Source of the DNA: a virus
Taxonomy: Duplodnaviria; Heunggongvirae; Uroviricota; Caudoviricetes
Length of the DNA stretch: 49,311 nt
IMG/VR virus record: IMGVR_UViG_3300010942_000265
Strand: one strand, 5' to 3'
Both the position numbers and the translations under genes were made by a program. The notes under the pieces were generated by a model, which saw only the letters and a program-made list of their open reading frames with translations, did not search any database and was not told the DNA's origin. Numbering within the stretch: the first letter of the stretch is position 1; every line of letters starts with the position of its first letter. Shown piece by piece: positions 1 to 9,248 of this stretch.

Positions 1-264
1 TGGCAAAGAAAAGAAGGTAAGAATCCTTCTGGAGGTTTGAACGCTAAGGGGGTTGCTTCATATAGAAGAGAGAACCCAGGCAGTAAACTTAAAACAGCTG
101 TAACTACTAAACCTTCAAAGTTGGCTCCAGATAGTAAAGCTGCTAAAAGAAGAAAGTCCTTTTGTGCTAGAATGGAAGGAATGAAAAAAGTTAATACTAG
201 TGCTAAGACTGCTAAAGATCCTAACTCAAGGATTAATAAGTCTTTAAGAAAGTGGAACTGTTAA
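1..264 (+). CDS. Small basic phage protein, DUF6321-like; 5' end truncated by the window
   Basis: Frame 1 is open from base 1 (WQRKEGKNPSGGLNAKGVASY...RKSFCARM...SLRKWNC), so the track's TTG start at 37 is probably not the real start. I recall these motifs from the DUF6321 family of environmental phage proteins. Confidence 0.7.
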   Translation, partial: WQRKEGKNPSGGLNAKGVASYRRENPGSKLKTAVTTKPSKLAPDSKAAKRRKSFCARMEGMKKVNTSAKTAKDPNSRINKSLRKWNC

Positions 265-277
265 AACAATATATAAA

Positions 278-907
278 ATGGCAACTACTAAAAAATGCAT
301 GAGCTGTGGTGGTTCAGCAATGAAAATGGCAAAAGGAGGAACAGCAAAAAAATCATGTCCTCCAGGATATCACTGGACGGTTCAAGGCTGTCAAGAAACT
401 CCTGAAGGTTATAAGAAACCTTTATCATCAGGAAGTTCTAAAATAGGTATTGGTACTATTTTAGCTGGAGGAGCTGGTATGATTGGTGCTGCTGTTAAAA
501 AGAAACGCGATCAGAAAAAAAATATGAAAGCTGCAGAAGCAACAGCAAAAGCTGCTAAATCTACAAGCACTTCTGCTACAGCAAAACAAAAAACAGGTGG
601 ATCTGTAAAAAAATATGCTACTGGTGGATCAACAGGAATGGTTGGTATGCCTCAGTATGGTAATAATCCAAGAACATATTCTGGAAATATGCTTCAAAAA
701 GGTGGATCATTTGCTCCTAACCGTGCAGTACAAGCTTCTTGTAAAAACGGAATGGTAAGAGATGCTAGTGGCAGATGTGTTATGGAACGCAAGATGGCTA
801 AAGGTGGTTTTCCAGATTTAAACAAAGATGGTAAAATTACTAAAGCTGACATTCTTAAAGGCCGCGGAGTTATTAAGAAAAAAGGTGGAACAGTTAAAAA
901 GAAGTAA
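278..907 (+). CDS. Lys-rich 209-aa protein with repeated xxxGG motifs; putative internal head protein
   Basis: Clean ORF with an A-rich leader. It has six GG motifs (MAKGG x2, QKTGG, YATGG, LQKGG, KKKGG), a DLNKDGKITKAD motif, two small 2-Cys loops and one hydrophobic stretch. Confidence 0.7.
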   Translation: MATTKKCMSCGGSAMKMAKGGTAKKSCPPGYHWTVQGCQETPEGYKKPLSSGSSKIGIGTILAGGAGMIGAAVKKKRDQKKNMKAAEATAKAAKSTSTSATAKQKTGGSVKKYATGGSTGMVGMPQYGNNPRTYSGNMLQKGGSFAPNRAVQASCKNGMVRDASGRCVMERKMAKGGFPDLNKDGKITKADILKGRGVIKKKGGTVKKK

Positions 908-909
908 TC

Positions 910-1386
910 ATGGCAATTAAAAAAACTACTCCTAAAAAATCTATGATGCAAGATGGAGGTTCTGCTAAAAAAAATGCACAAGCTGTTGTAAGTCAAAAAA
1001 GACTTGAAGGAGAGCGTAAATATGCTAAAATGAAGCAAGATAAAGGTATGGTTCCAGAACCTACAGTTATCAATAAAAGATATGACACTCCACAATATTA
1101 TGGTGCTACTAAAAGAACTACATATACTTATCCTAATAGTACTAAGGATACAAATAAAGGTTCAGTTTCATCTGTAGCTAAAAAAGCAACTGCTGTTGCT
1201 AAAAAGAAAATGGCTAATGGAGGAACCGTAACACCTAAAGCAGCAAAAGGTGGTGATAGTAAATGGATTCAAAAAGCAATTAATCCTGCACATAAGGGTT
1301 ATTGTACTCCAATGACTAAACCAACATGTACACCTAAGAGAAAAGCTTTGGCTATGACTCTTAAGAAAATGGCTAAAAATAGATAA
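910..1386 (+). CDS. Lys-rich 158-aa protein with GG motifs; putative internal head protein
   Basis: ORF starts 2 nt after the previous stop. Contains MQDGG, MANGG, AAKGG and a C-terminal KWIQKAI...ALAMTLKKM module of a kind common in small phage proteins. Confidence 0.7.
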   Translation: MAIKKTTPKKSMMQDGGSAKKNAQAVVSQKRLEGERKYAKMKQDKGMVPEPTVINKRYDTPQYYGATKRTTYTYPNSTKDTNKGSVSSVAKKATAVAKKKMANGGTVTPKAAKGGDSKWIQKAINPAHKGYCTPMTKPTCTPKRKALAMTLKKMAKNR

Positions 1387-1388
1387 TC

Positions 1389-2087
1389 ATGCTTAATAGC
1401 ACAATTACCATAAAGATTAAACAAAGGCTTAACAAGCTTGACAGCAATGACTATGATAACATAGAATGCTGGCAAGTAGTTGAAGCTTTTAATAAGGCTC
1501 AGGTTGAATGGACCAGGAGACAATTGCATGGTATTAATCAGGTAAGGGAAGGTGATGAGCAATCCACTAGAAGAAAAGATGATTTACAAGTATTGTTAAA
1601 TACTCAGTCATTAAACCTGGTGGATAAAGAATATTATTTTAGAGGTGATTTACCTACTGAATATTTACAATGGAAACGCGTAGATGTTTATGCTGCTAAA
1701 GACTGTTGTAGTAAAAGACGCATGACTGTGTATTTAGCTGAGGAAGGTAACTTGAATCAGTTGTTAAGAGATGCAAATAAAAGACCTGATTTTAATTGGG
1801 CGGAGACATTTGCTACCCTAAAAGGTAATCACTTAAACATATACACAAATGGTGACTTTAATATTAATTCAGCAGACTTAGTATATTACCGCCAACCAAT
1901 TAAAATACAAATACAAGGATGTGTTGATCCATATACAAATGTAGAGTCTACTACTAATGTACTATGTGAATTTAAAGATGACATCATAGAATTAATAATT
2001 GATGAAGCTGTTGCAATACTTGCCGGTGATATTGAGTCTAGTAACCAATACACAAGAGGTACTGAAGGAGCTGAACGTAACAATTAA
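1389..2087 (+). CDS. Head-tail ring/adaptor protein (crAss-type ring, P22 gp4-like)
   Basis: 232 aa. N-terminal RLNKLDSNDY...VEAFNKAQ helix pattern, YYRQP near the C-terminus and closing ELIIDEAVAILAGD helix resemble crAss-like ring proteins. Position before the auxiliary capsid-like gene fits. Confidence 0.65.
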   Translation: MLNSTITIKIKQRLNKLDSNDYDNIECWQVVEAFNKAQVEWTRRQLHGINQVREGDEQSTRRKDDLQVLLNTQSLNLVDKEYYFRGDLPTEYLQWKRVDVYAAKDCCSKRRMTVYLAEEGNLNQLLRDANKRPDFNWAETFATLKGNHLNIYTNGDFNINSADLVYYRQPIKIQIQGCVDPYTNVESTTNVLCEFKDDIIELIIDEAVAILAGDIESSNQYTRGTEGAERNN

Positions 2088-2092
2088 AAGAA

Positions 2093-2548
2093 ATGGATAA
2101 ACCAAGATTATTAAAAAGAGAGGCAGCATCAACAGCATCATATGCAAGTGCACCAACTGGCGGAGGATCTGTAGATACAATGACTGCAGCTTGTGTATCT
2201 GAACTTATGAATGCTGGAACAAGCTTCCATAAGTTACATCTTAAAATTACAGGTGCGGGTTCTTACGCAGCTCACAAAGCATTGAATGAATTGTATGATG
2301 CAATGCCAGGGCATGCAGATGATTTAGCTGAAGGTTTCCAAGGAGCATCAGAAAAATTACTTGCATATGTTGAAGTAGCACCTAGACAATTAAATACTCT
2401 TGAAGATGGTCTTAATTATATTAGAGAAATTACTGATATGGTAACTAAGCTACAAGCTAAAATGCCTTACTCAGAAATAGTAAATGATCTTGACACAATT
2501 AAGTCTACTCTTAATTCTGCTAAGTACAAATTACTTTTCTTGAAATAA
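2093..2548 (+). CDS. Ferritin/Dps-like four-helix protein (DUF5856-like)
   Basis: FHKLHLKITGAGSYAAHKALNELYDAM...ADDLAE matches the Dps-type H-x-x-H...H...E-x-Y...D-x-x-A-E pattern; ends KYKLLFLK. Confidence 0.75.
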   Translation: MDKPRLLKREAASTASYASAPTGGGSVDTMTAACVSELMNAGTSFHKLHLKITGAGSYAAHKALNELYDAMPGHADDLAEGFQGASEKLLAYVEVAPRQLNTLEDGLNYIREITDMVTKLQAKMPYSEIVNDLDTIKSTLNSAKYKLLFLK

Positions 2549-2580
2549 TTTGGAAGTTTAAAAAGTTTTTACTATATTAT
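2543..2580 (+). promoter_or_regulatory. Candidate late promoter/operator upstream of the 546-aa gene
   Basis: AAATAATT-TGG-AAGTTTAA (right arm identical to the 19830 palindrome), then TATATT 11 nt after GTTTAA. Confidence 0.45.
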
Positions 2581-2610
2581 AGTATTGTTTATTAATTAAA
2601 AAAAAGAAAA

Positions 2611-4251
2611 ATGGCTTATTTTAATCACGCGTTCAAAAAGACTTTCCTGGCTACAGGAGTATCTTTAGACACTGATGTTACTTTGCTGGATGGTACAGTA
2701 GCAGCAGCAGTTACTTCACTTGGTTTTTTAACTACACCAGGTTTACCAACTTATGCATTAAATTCATTATCTGCTCAAGCAGAAAATGGTTTTGGTCCAT
2801 ATAATAGTGGATATATCGGATACTTTGATCCAAAAACAAATTTATCATTGATACCAGAAAATTGTTGTAATGTATATCTTGCAGGTTCTGCAATTTACAC
2901 AAATGACAAAATTGGTCCTTTCCATGGTGGATATACTGAAACTAACAAATCTAAGATGATCAATCCTAGATATGTATCTCGTTTCTATACTGTTAACCCA
3001 TGTTCTCCACAAAATGAAGTATTACACGTAGGTTCTACATTCTGGACTGCAGGTGGTGGTATTTTAGATTGGAGCTCAGCAGGAGGACCAGTTGCAGGAT
3101 TAGCTCCTAACTTAGTTAATCATGCAATTGCATTAAATGGTGGTACAGGTACAGGTGCTGTTATCATTGTTGATACTGATAATACAGGTGAAGTTACATC
3201 TTGGAATATTGTTAATGGTATTGGTAAAGGATACACAGTAAATGATGTATTGACTGTACCTGGTGATACTTCTGGTGATTTTGAAATTACTGTAGATGAA
3301 GTTACTACAGCTAATGTAGATCCAATTACAGGATCAGGTGGTGTTTCTTGTTGTAAAGAATTCTTATGTGGTGAAACTTATCATTTACGTGTAGATGTTA
3401 AAGGTTCTCCAGCATTAAGATATCTTAACCACAATGCATATTACACAGCTGAAGCTTATACAGGATGTTGTCCAGCAGGTTCAATTGCTCCAACTCCAGT
3501 TGATTCAACTGAAGTAATGATCTTATGGGCTAATGCTTTATTGCGTTATCCAGTAATCAATCCATTCTTACAAATCATTGTACAAGATGAGGCTGGTGTT
3601 TTATGGTATGCTCCAGGAACTTCTGCTGCTGAATTAGCTACATTGGGTGGAAACACTTGGGATAACTATGTATCTACAGGTCACGTTGATGGAGCATGCG
3701 CAGGTATGATCATTAATGGTGCTTATGTTGACACTAAATTTGGAGATTGTACATTCCAATTAACTGATTTCTATGAAAAAGAACCAGTTAAAATTTATGC
3801 ATCTGAGGTTGACTTAAATGGTGACCCATGTACATTTGATGGAATTTGTGTAGTTCATGAGTGTTTAGGTACTCAAGCAAATGGATTAGGAGAAACAATC
3901 TTACGTGAGTTGACATTGTCAGAAGCTTACAGACAAAACTTCTTACACTCTGATTTCCGTATCCGTGAGATTACTCAAGGAAACCAAATCATTGCATCTA
4001 TCAACCGTAATGCATTGTACTACCAGTATGTTCTTCAACATAGTGTTCCACGTTTCAATAATCCATCAAGCACATTTGATAATGATCAGTACTTGTTGCA
4101 AATAGTATCATTAGATACATTGAATACATTTGCAAATAATACAGGAGCATGGTTAAGTGATTGTGGAGTATGTGAAATTGAAAAATTTGGTTGTGAGACT
4201 GATTGCAATGTACCAGTTAAATTCCCAACTGCTCCGGCAAGACAAATCTAA
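2611..4251 (+). CDS. Virion structural protein, probable auxiliary capsid/decoration protein of crAss-like phages
   Basis: 546 aa. Motif CGETYHLRVDVKGSPALRYLNHNAY, position after the ring gene, an upstream regulatory motif and a strong downstream terminator are consistent with a high-copy virion protein. Assignment is mainly by synteny. Confidence 0.55.
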   Translation: MAYFNHAFKKTFLATGVSLDTDVTLLDGTVAAAVTSLGFLTTPGLPTYALNSLSAQAENGFGPYNSGYIGYFDPKTNLSLIPENCCNVYLAGSAIYTNDKIGPFHGGYTETNKSKMINPRYVSRFYTVNPCSPQNEVLHVGSTFWTAGGGILDWSSAGGPVAGLAPNLVNHAIALNGGTGTGAVIIVDTDNTGEVTSWNIVNGIGKGYTVNDVLTVPGDTSGDFEITVDEVTTANVDPITGSGGVSCCKEFLCGETYHLRVDVKGSPALRYLNHNAYYTAEAYTGCCPAGSIAPTPVDSTEVMILWANALLRYPVINPFLQIIVQDEAGVLWYAPGTSAAELATLGGNTWDNYVSTGHVDGACAGMIINGAYVDTKFGDCTFQLTDFYEKEPVKIYASEVDLNGDPCTFDGICVVHECLGTQANGLGETILRELTLSEAYRQNFLHSDFRIREITQGNQIIASINRNALYYQYVLQHSVPRFNNPSSTFDNDQYLLQIVSLDTLNTFANNTGAWLSDCGVCEIEKFGCETDCNVPVKFPTAPARQI

Positions 4252-4271
4252 TTATTCTAACTATTAACTAG

Positions 4272-4307
4272 AAAGGGGAGCTGAGTTTCAAACTCCTCCC
4301 CTTTTTT
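4272..4307 (+). terminator. Rho-independent terminator
   Basis: AAAGGGGAG-CT-GAGTT-TCA-AACTC-CTCCCCTTT stem followed by a T run, 20 nt after the stop at 4251. Confidence 0.85.
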
Positions 4308-4318
4308 AATATTACATT

Positions 4319-4879
4319 ATGGCAAATCATGTCTTAAGTTTAGAGGTTCCTTTTGTGATGAACTCATGTGTATTAAAGATTTTTGATACAAGTGTTTATG
4401 CAGTTCCTCTTACAGTTACATGCCCTACTCTTAATATAACAGTACCAGGTTTTGGCTACTCAAATCAAATTGAGGGAGCTGTAATGACTGATTTTGTTAA
4501 TAGTGGACATATTACTCTTACAGCTTGTGATCTGCAGTTACAGACAACTAATTGCGGTTCTCAGTATGCAGATCTTCCTGATGGTATTTACATTATAAAA
4601 TATAGTGTATCTCCTAATGATCAAGTGTATGTAGAGTATAATCATATGAGAGTTACACAAGCAATGAATAAGTATTACAATGTACTTTGTGAAGTTGATG
4701 CTAATGCTTGTGAACCACCATTAAAAGTCAAACAAAGACTAGAAGAATTACGTTTGATTAAGATGTATCTTGATGCAGCAAAATCTAAAGTGGAATTTTG
4801 TCATGAGCCTCAGAAAGGAATGAGCTTATACAATTATGCTTTAAAGTTGCTAAACAAGATGAGTTGTACACATTGTTAA
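4319..4879 (+). CDS. Probable tail hub / fibre-docking protein
   Basis: 186 aa. Beta-rich N-half with LPDGIYIIKYSVSP and a helical Cys-containing C-half; syntenic with tail-hub genes of crAss-like virions. Confidence 0.5.
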   Translation: MANHVLSLEVPFVMNSCVLKIFDTSVYAVPLTVTCPTLNITVPGFGYSNQIEGAVMTDFVNSGHITLTACDLQLQTTNCGSQYADLPDGIYIIKYSVSPNDQVYVEYNHMRVTQAMNKYYNVLCEVDANACEPPLKVKQRLEELRLIKMYLDAAKSKVEFCHEPQKGMSLYNYALKLLNKMSCTHC

Positions 4880-4901
4880 AAAATTAAAAAACCAACTAAT
4901 T

Positions 4902-5123
4902 ATGGCAACATGTCCAAACTGCGGTAGTACACTAAGCTGTGGCTGTCAAAAAAGAACATTACCAAACGGTGCACAAGGATGTGCTAGTTGTTTAGGAAAA
5001 GTTGCGGGAGCAAGTAAAGCTGTTACACCTTTAGTAGCACCTAAGAAGACTCCGGTAACTATCCAAGGAAAAGCCCCTGTTTCACTTAATGTGTGGGGAA
5101 AAGATAGATATAAGAATACATAA
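4902..5123 (+). CDS. Small Cys-cluster (putative Zn-binding) protein
   Basis: 73 aa with CPNC-x5-CGC-x11-CASC. Confidence 0.6.
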   Translation: MATCPNCGSTLSCGCQKRTLPNGAQGCASCLGKVAGASKAVTPLVAPKKTPVTIQGKAPVSLNVWGKDRYKNT

Positions 5124-5135
5124 AAGTAAAAAGCT

Positions 5136-6920
5136 ATGGCTGCTGGTATTGCATATTATGAAATATTACCTTGTTGTAGTTCTTCCGGAACCGCATCAGA
5201 TTACTTTATATTACCTGTTGGACAAGTTATTACAACAAGTACAACGGGTGTTTATAATGGAACTGAGGTTACTATAAACGGATTAACTTTTTCACCTGGG
5301 GCATGTTATACAATTATACCAGTAGGAACAATGAAGGTTCCTCCTTATCTTACGGCTCCTTCATTATTAGATTATACTCCTGTTATAGATTGTGCTGCAG
5401 CTCCATGTTTATTTAAGTATTACACTTTGTATTCATGTAGTGGTTTAAATACAATTCAAACAGCAACTAATCTTACTGATTATGTAAACTCTTTTGTTAA
5501 TCTTATAGGGGAAACTGATTGCTTCTTTGTTGTGGAAGAAACTACGGGCAACTGTGATCCGGGTGGACTTGTTCCTGTAACTGTAAACACAGAGACTTCT
5601 TGTGAATGTGATTGCAACTGTTATCAGATTACAGGTACGCCTAGTTCTATATTTTATATAGATTGTGATCAAGTTCCTCAAACTATAACAGGTGCAGCTA
5701 AGATTTGTTCTTTAATTCCACCAATTGTTACTGGCGGAGAAGGGTTTGTTTATAACTACGGTCTATGTGTAGACAACACTTGTCCTGAAATTTGTTATGA
5801 ATTTACCAATTGTAAAACAGGAGAAGTACTGATTGTATCTAACACAACTTCAATTTCTACTTATTTTGTTGATGGTAAGACAGTTACATTACAAGGATAT
5901 GATGGATGTTGGACAATTGCAATAGCTCAAGAACCTTGTGATTGTGCAGTAAATGTAACAGTTCTTCAAGCTTATGATGACTGTGTAACTTGTTTACCTG
6001 TAATTGCCTATAAGTTTACTAATTGTGCTAATACTTCAATCATCAAATATAGTACTGATGATTATGAAGCATATATTGGCAAAGTAGTAAAGTTAGATTG
6101 TGGAGAATGTTGGACAGTAGAATTAATTGATTATACTCCTCCAGCTGTACAACCAATTGTAATCATAACTAGTTTTGAATCATGTACTGCTTGTAATAGA
6201 GTTTATTATCAGTTAATTGACTGTAATGGAATTGAAGATACAATTTATACTTATACAGATTTATCAGGAATTATTGGACAAACTATTAATATTCAGAGTT
6301 GTTTAACTTGTTGGAGAGTATCACTATTAACAAATCCTACACCTGAACAATCATCTATTGCAACTGAAATTACTATAACAGGTACATTTAAAACATGTGT
6401 TATTTGTAACGCTCAGATTAAATGTCAATGTTCAGTTGCATGGCCTGATGAGTCTGGTGTATTATCATACATTGACTGTTATGGTAATACAGTTAATTTA
6501 AGAGATTTGGATCCAAATACTCCTTCAGAAAAAGTATGTGTAAAAAAATGGTTAGTAGGTAGAGAACCCATTTATTTTGGAGATTGTATTGATGTGTCAG
6601 CAACAAAAGAGCCAGTATATGAATGCCCGGCACCAGTCTACCCTAAAAGATTTATAGAACCTGGTTATACTACACCTGCATGTGATACTGAGAAGTATGA
6701 AAAGATATCTTGTAAGTCAGCTGAAATATTATACAAATCAGTGTTAAGACTAAGATATGGTATATCCAATTGTTGTGATGAACCAGATGATAAATGGATC
6801 ATCAAAAAAGAACTTATAGATTTACAAGCAGCTATTGATCCAGCATATACTTGTACACCAGTACAACCATGCTGTAATAATACTCCAACATGTGGATGTA
6901 GCACTTGTAATTCTAGATAA
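5136..6920 (+). CDS. Cys-rich repeat virion protein (tail fibre/hub-associated)
   Basis: 594 aa with about 49 Cys by hand count. Four ~65-aa repeats of Y-x-[LF]-x-x-C...C-[WF]-x-[VI], three ending C-x-x-C; C-terminal LYKSVLRLRYGISNCC module. Confidence 0.6.
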   Translation: MAAGIAYYEILPCCSSSGTASDYFILPVGQVITTSTTGVYNGTEVTINGLTFSPGACYTIIPVGTMKVPPYLTAPSLLDYTPVIDCAAAPCLFKYYTLYSCSGLNTIQTATNLTDYVNSFVNLIGETDCFFVVEETTGNCDPGGLVPVTVNTETSCECDCNCYQITGTPSSIFYIDCDQVPQTITGAAKICSLIPPIVTGGEGFVYNYGLCVDNTCPEICYEFTNCKTGEVLIVSNTTSISTYFVDGKTVTLQGYDGCWTIAIAQEPCDCAVNVTVLQAYDDCVTCLPVIAYKFTNCANTSIIKYSTDDYEAYIGKVVKLDCGECWTVELIDYTPPAVQPIVIITSFESCTACNRVYYQLIDCNGIEDTIYTYTDLSGIIGQTINIQSCLTCWRVSLLTNPTPEQSSIATEITITGTFKTCVICNAQIKCQCSVAWPDESGVLSYIDCYGNTVNLRDLDPNTPSEKVCVKKWLVGREPIYFGDCIDVSATKEPVYECPAPVYPKRFIEPGYTTPACDTEKYEKISCKSAEILYKSVLRLRYGISNCCDEPDDKWIIKKELIDLQAAIDPAYTCTPVQPCCNNTPTCGCSTCNSR

Positions 6921-6936
6921 TTATTTGTATATTATA
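6917..6936 (+). promoter_or_regulatory. Candidate TATATTA promoter element upstream of the 545-aa fibre gene
   Basis: TTTGTATATTATA in a 30-nt intergenic gap; same core as at 2573, 9350 and 19868. Confidence 0.3.
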
Positions 6937-6950
6937 ATAATAGAAAAAGT

Positions 6951-8588
6951 ATGAAGCCTTTAAATTTAGATAATAGACCATGTAGTCCAATATCAAGTAA
7001 CTGTGTTATTTGGCAAGGACCAGATATTACATGTATTAACTTATGTGCAGGAGATTCAGTATCTGATGTTGTATACAAACTTGCTACAGAGTTATGTACA
7101 ATCATGGATCAATTAAAAGTATCTAATTATGATCTTACATGCTTAGGTATTAATACTTGTCCTCCTGAAAATTTTCAAGCTCTTTTACAATTACTTATTG
7201 ATAAGATTTGTGAAGCTAATGGAGTTGTAGTAGAAACACCTAAATCATCAGGATGTCCTGATTGTGTTGTAAGTGTGGCACCATGTTTTGTTGAAGGTAC
7301 ACAAACTACTATGCAATTAGTAGATTATGTTCAAATGATTGCAAATAGAGTTTGTTCTATTTTAGATCAGTTAACAATCATTAACAACCAGATTACTAAT
7401 CTTGATGACAGAGTAACTGTTCTTGAAAATACTCCTCCTCCAACATTTACATTACCAAGTATTGATACTGGGTGTTTAGCATTGTACATGGGTGGAGCTG
7501 TATCAGCACCAATTGATCAAGTATTAGATACTTTATTAAATGATCCAACTGTTGGTTATTGTTCATTAATTGATGCAACAGGTACGGGTTCTGATATTTT
7601 AGGTGTATTAAATCCTTTATGTACATTAAGCACTACAATTACTTCAGATCCTAATTGGATTGCAAGCCCTCAAACATTAGCTGATGCAGTTAATAATATT
7701 TGGGTGGCTTTATGTAATCAAGTACAAGTAACTGTAGCTGTAGAAAATACATCAAGTGTTGAGATGTTTATTACTGCAGGGCCTGATTATACTCTTAGTG
7801 CAAAAGTTATTGATACAGGATGGATTGATCTATTAGGATTTGATTATTATGATACAGCATATACTGGATCTGCATATTACAAACCACAATGTAGACGTGT
7901 AGGAAATGTTGTACACTTTAGGGGTTATTTGGTTGTTCCTTTAGCTACTTCAGCAGAAGATCTTACAGCATTAACTTATGCTTATCAATCTTCTGGTCCA
8001 GCTACTGATACATATTATTATGTTGCTCATCCATTAACAGCTACAGTAGGACCCGGCTCATGTCAAGTAAGTGCATCAGGATTTCTTAATTTTAATCAAG
8101 GAGATAATGTTATTCCTCCAGGAATTTTATCAGCTGGAGAAGCCTTAGATCAAACATATGCTAAAGGATGGAATATGTCATATAGACCTATTTCTGTAGG
8201 AGCCTATGGTACAATACTAACAGGAGTGGGAACACTTGCAATCTATACTAATGGTGTATTGCAATGGGGTGTTACAACTAATCCTGAAGAAAGTGTTTTA
8301 CAAGGAGGAACTAATTCATTTAACACTTCTCCTATAAATTATATTCAATCAATTGTTGAAGAAGGAGACTATGTGCCTAAGTTTTCTGCAGCAGGTAGTG
8401 TATATGACGCTTCAGCAGCATCAGGAACTCAGAATACAATTTTAGATTATCAATCTTCTTTAGTATATCCTTTTAGTGCTAATTCTACTCTTACATCACA
8501 GATTGGAGGTCATGGTATGAGACTTGATGGTTTAACAGCATTTATCAGTCCATGTACAACATCAACTATTGTGGGTAGACCATGTTAA
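6951..8588 (+). CDS. Tail fibre/spike protein
   Basis: 545 aa. N-terminal CSPISSNCVIWQGPDITCINL module, trimeric coiled-coil-like LDQLTIINNQITNLDDRVTVLE, and a beta-rich C-terminal head (WIDLLG...CRRVGNVVHFRG). Confidence 0.65.
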   Translation: MKPLNLDNRPCSPISSNCVIWQGPDITCINLCAGDSVSDVVYKLATELCTIMDQLKVSNYDLTCLGINTCPPENFQALLQLLIDKICEANGVVVETPKSSGCPDCVVSVAPCFVEGTQTTMQLVDYVQMIANRVCSILDQLTIINNQITNLDDRVTVLENTPPPTFTLPSIDTGCLALYMGGAVSAPIDQVLDTLLNDPTVGYCSLIDATGTGSDILGVLNPLCTLSTTITSDPNWIASPQTLADAVNNIWVALCNQVQVTVAVENTSSVEMFITAGPDYTLSAKVIDTGWIDLLGFDYYDTAYTGSAYYKPQCRRVGNVVHFRGYLVVPLATSAEDLTALTYAYQSSGPATDTYYYVAHPLTATVGPGSCQVSASGFLNFNQGDNVIPPGILSAGEALDQTYAKGWNMSYRPISVGAYGTILTGVGTLAIYTNGVLQWGVTTNPEESVLQGGTNSFNTSPINYIQSIVEEGDYVPKFSAAGSVYDASAASGTQNTILDYQSSLVYPFSANSTLTSQIGGHGMRLDGLTAFISPCTTSTIVGRPC

Positions 8589-8600
8589 AAATAAAAAATT

Positions 8601-9248
8601 ATGAGTTGTTCAAATTGCAATAATGACTGCACAGGCAGTAAAAAATGTGGATGTCAAGATACAATGTTGACTACACCTCCCGCGTATCCAACACCTGTAG
8701 GATGTTTAGCTCCTGAGACATGTTCTGAGGTATTAAATTCTGCATGTATAATGTACTTAGGAGATGATGTTTTTTGTAATCAAGATTTTGTAATAGCACA
8801 AGGAGTTTCTATTCAAACAGCAGTACAGTCAATAGTTGAATACTTCTGTGACAGATTAAATAATATTCCCGTATATGCTGTTGAGGCCGGTACTGGAATT
8901 GAAGTTACTGAAGCTACAGTAGGTACTACTACTACATATACTATTTCAAATACGGGCCCTGTTAAATTTGTAAAAGAGTTTACATCAGCTCTAGATGGTT
9001 CATCTGTAACTATCTTAGGAACTGAATTACAAGCATGCGGTATACCTAATACTTCATGTAATAATGAAACAAATAGAGGTGATTACACATACAATATATC
9101 TTATTTAGATGGAGGTACATGGTATAATATCACTAATGTACCAACAGTAGAAATTAGTGTGGTTGATGCTACGGGAGATATGACAATAATATTAGCAGCT
9201 CCTTCTTCTGGAGATCCTTTCAAAGTGAGAGTAACAATTATAGGATAA
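8601..9248 (+). CDS. Short tail fibre/appendage protein
   Basis: 215 aa. Cys-rich N-terminus with a module like that of the 545-aa protein (CSEVLNSACIMYLGDD), an AGTGIEVT linker and a beta-rich C-terminus. Confidence 0.55.
   Translation: MSCSNCNNDCTGSKKCGCQDTMLTTPPAYPTPVGCLAPETCSEVLNSACIMYLGDDVFCNQDFVIAQGVSIQTAVQSIVEYFCDRLNNIPVYAVEAGTGIEVTEATVGTTTTYTISNTGPVKFVKEFTSALDGSSVTILGTELQACGIPNTSCNNETNRGDYTYNISYLDGGTWYNITNVPTVEISVVDATGDMTIILAAPSSGDPFKVRVTIIG

Noticed and set aside
2611-4251. 546-aa protein as the major capsid protein
   Set aside because: I could not see HK97-type or crAss major capsid motifs. Synteny places it at the auxiliary capsid position, with the major capsid gene expected left of the window.
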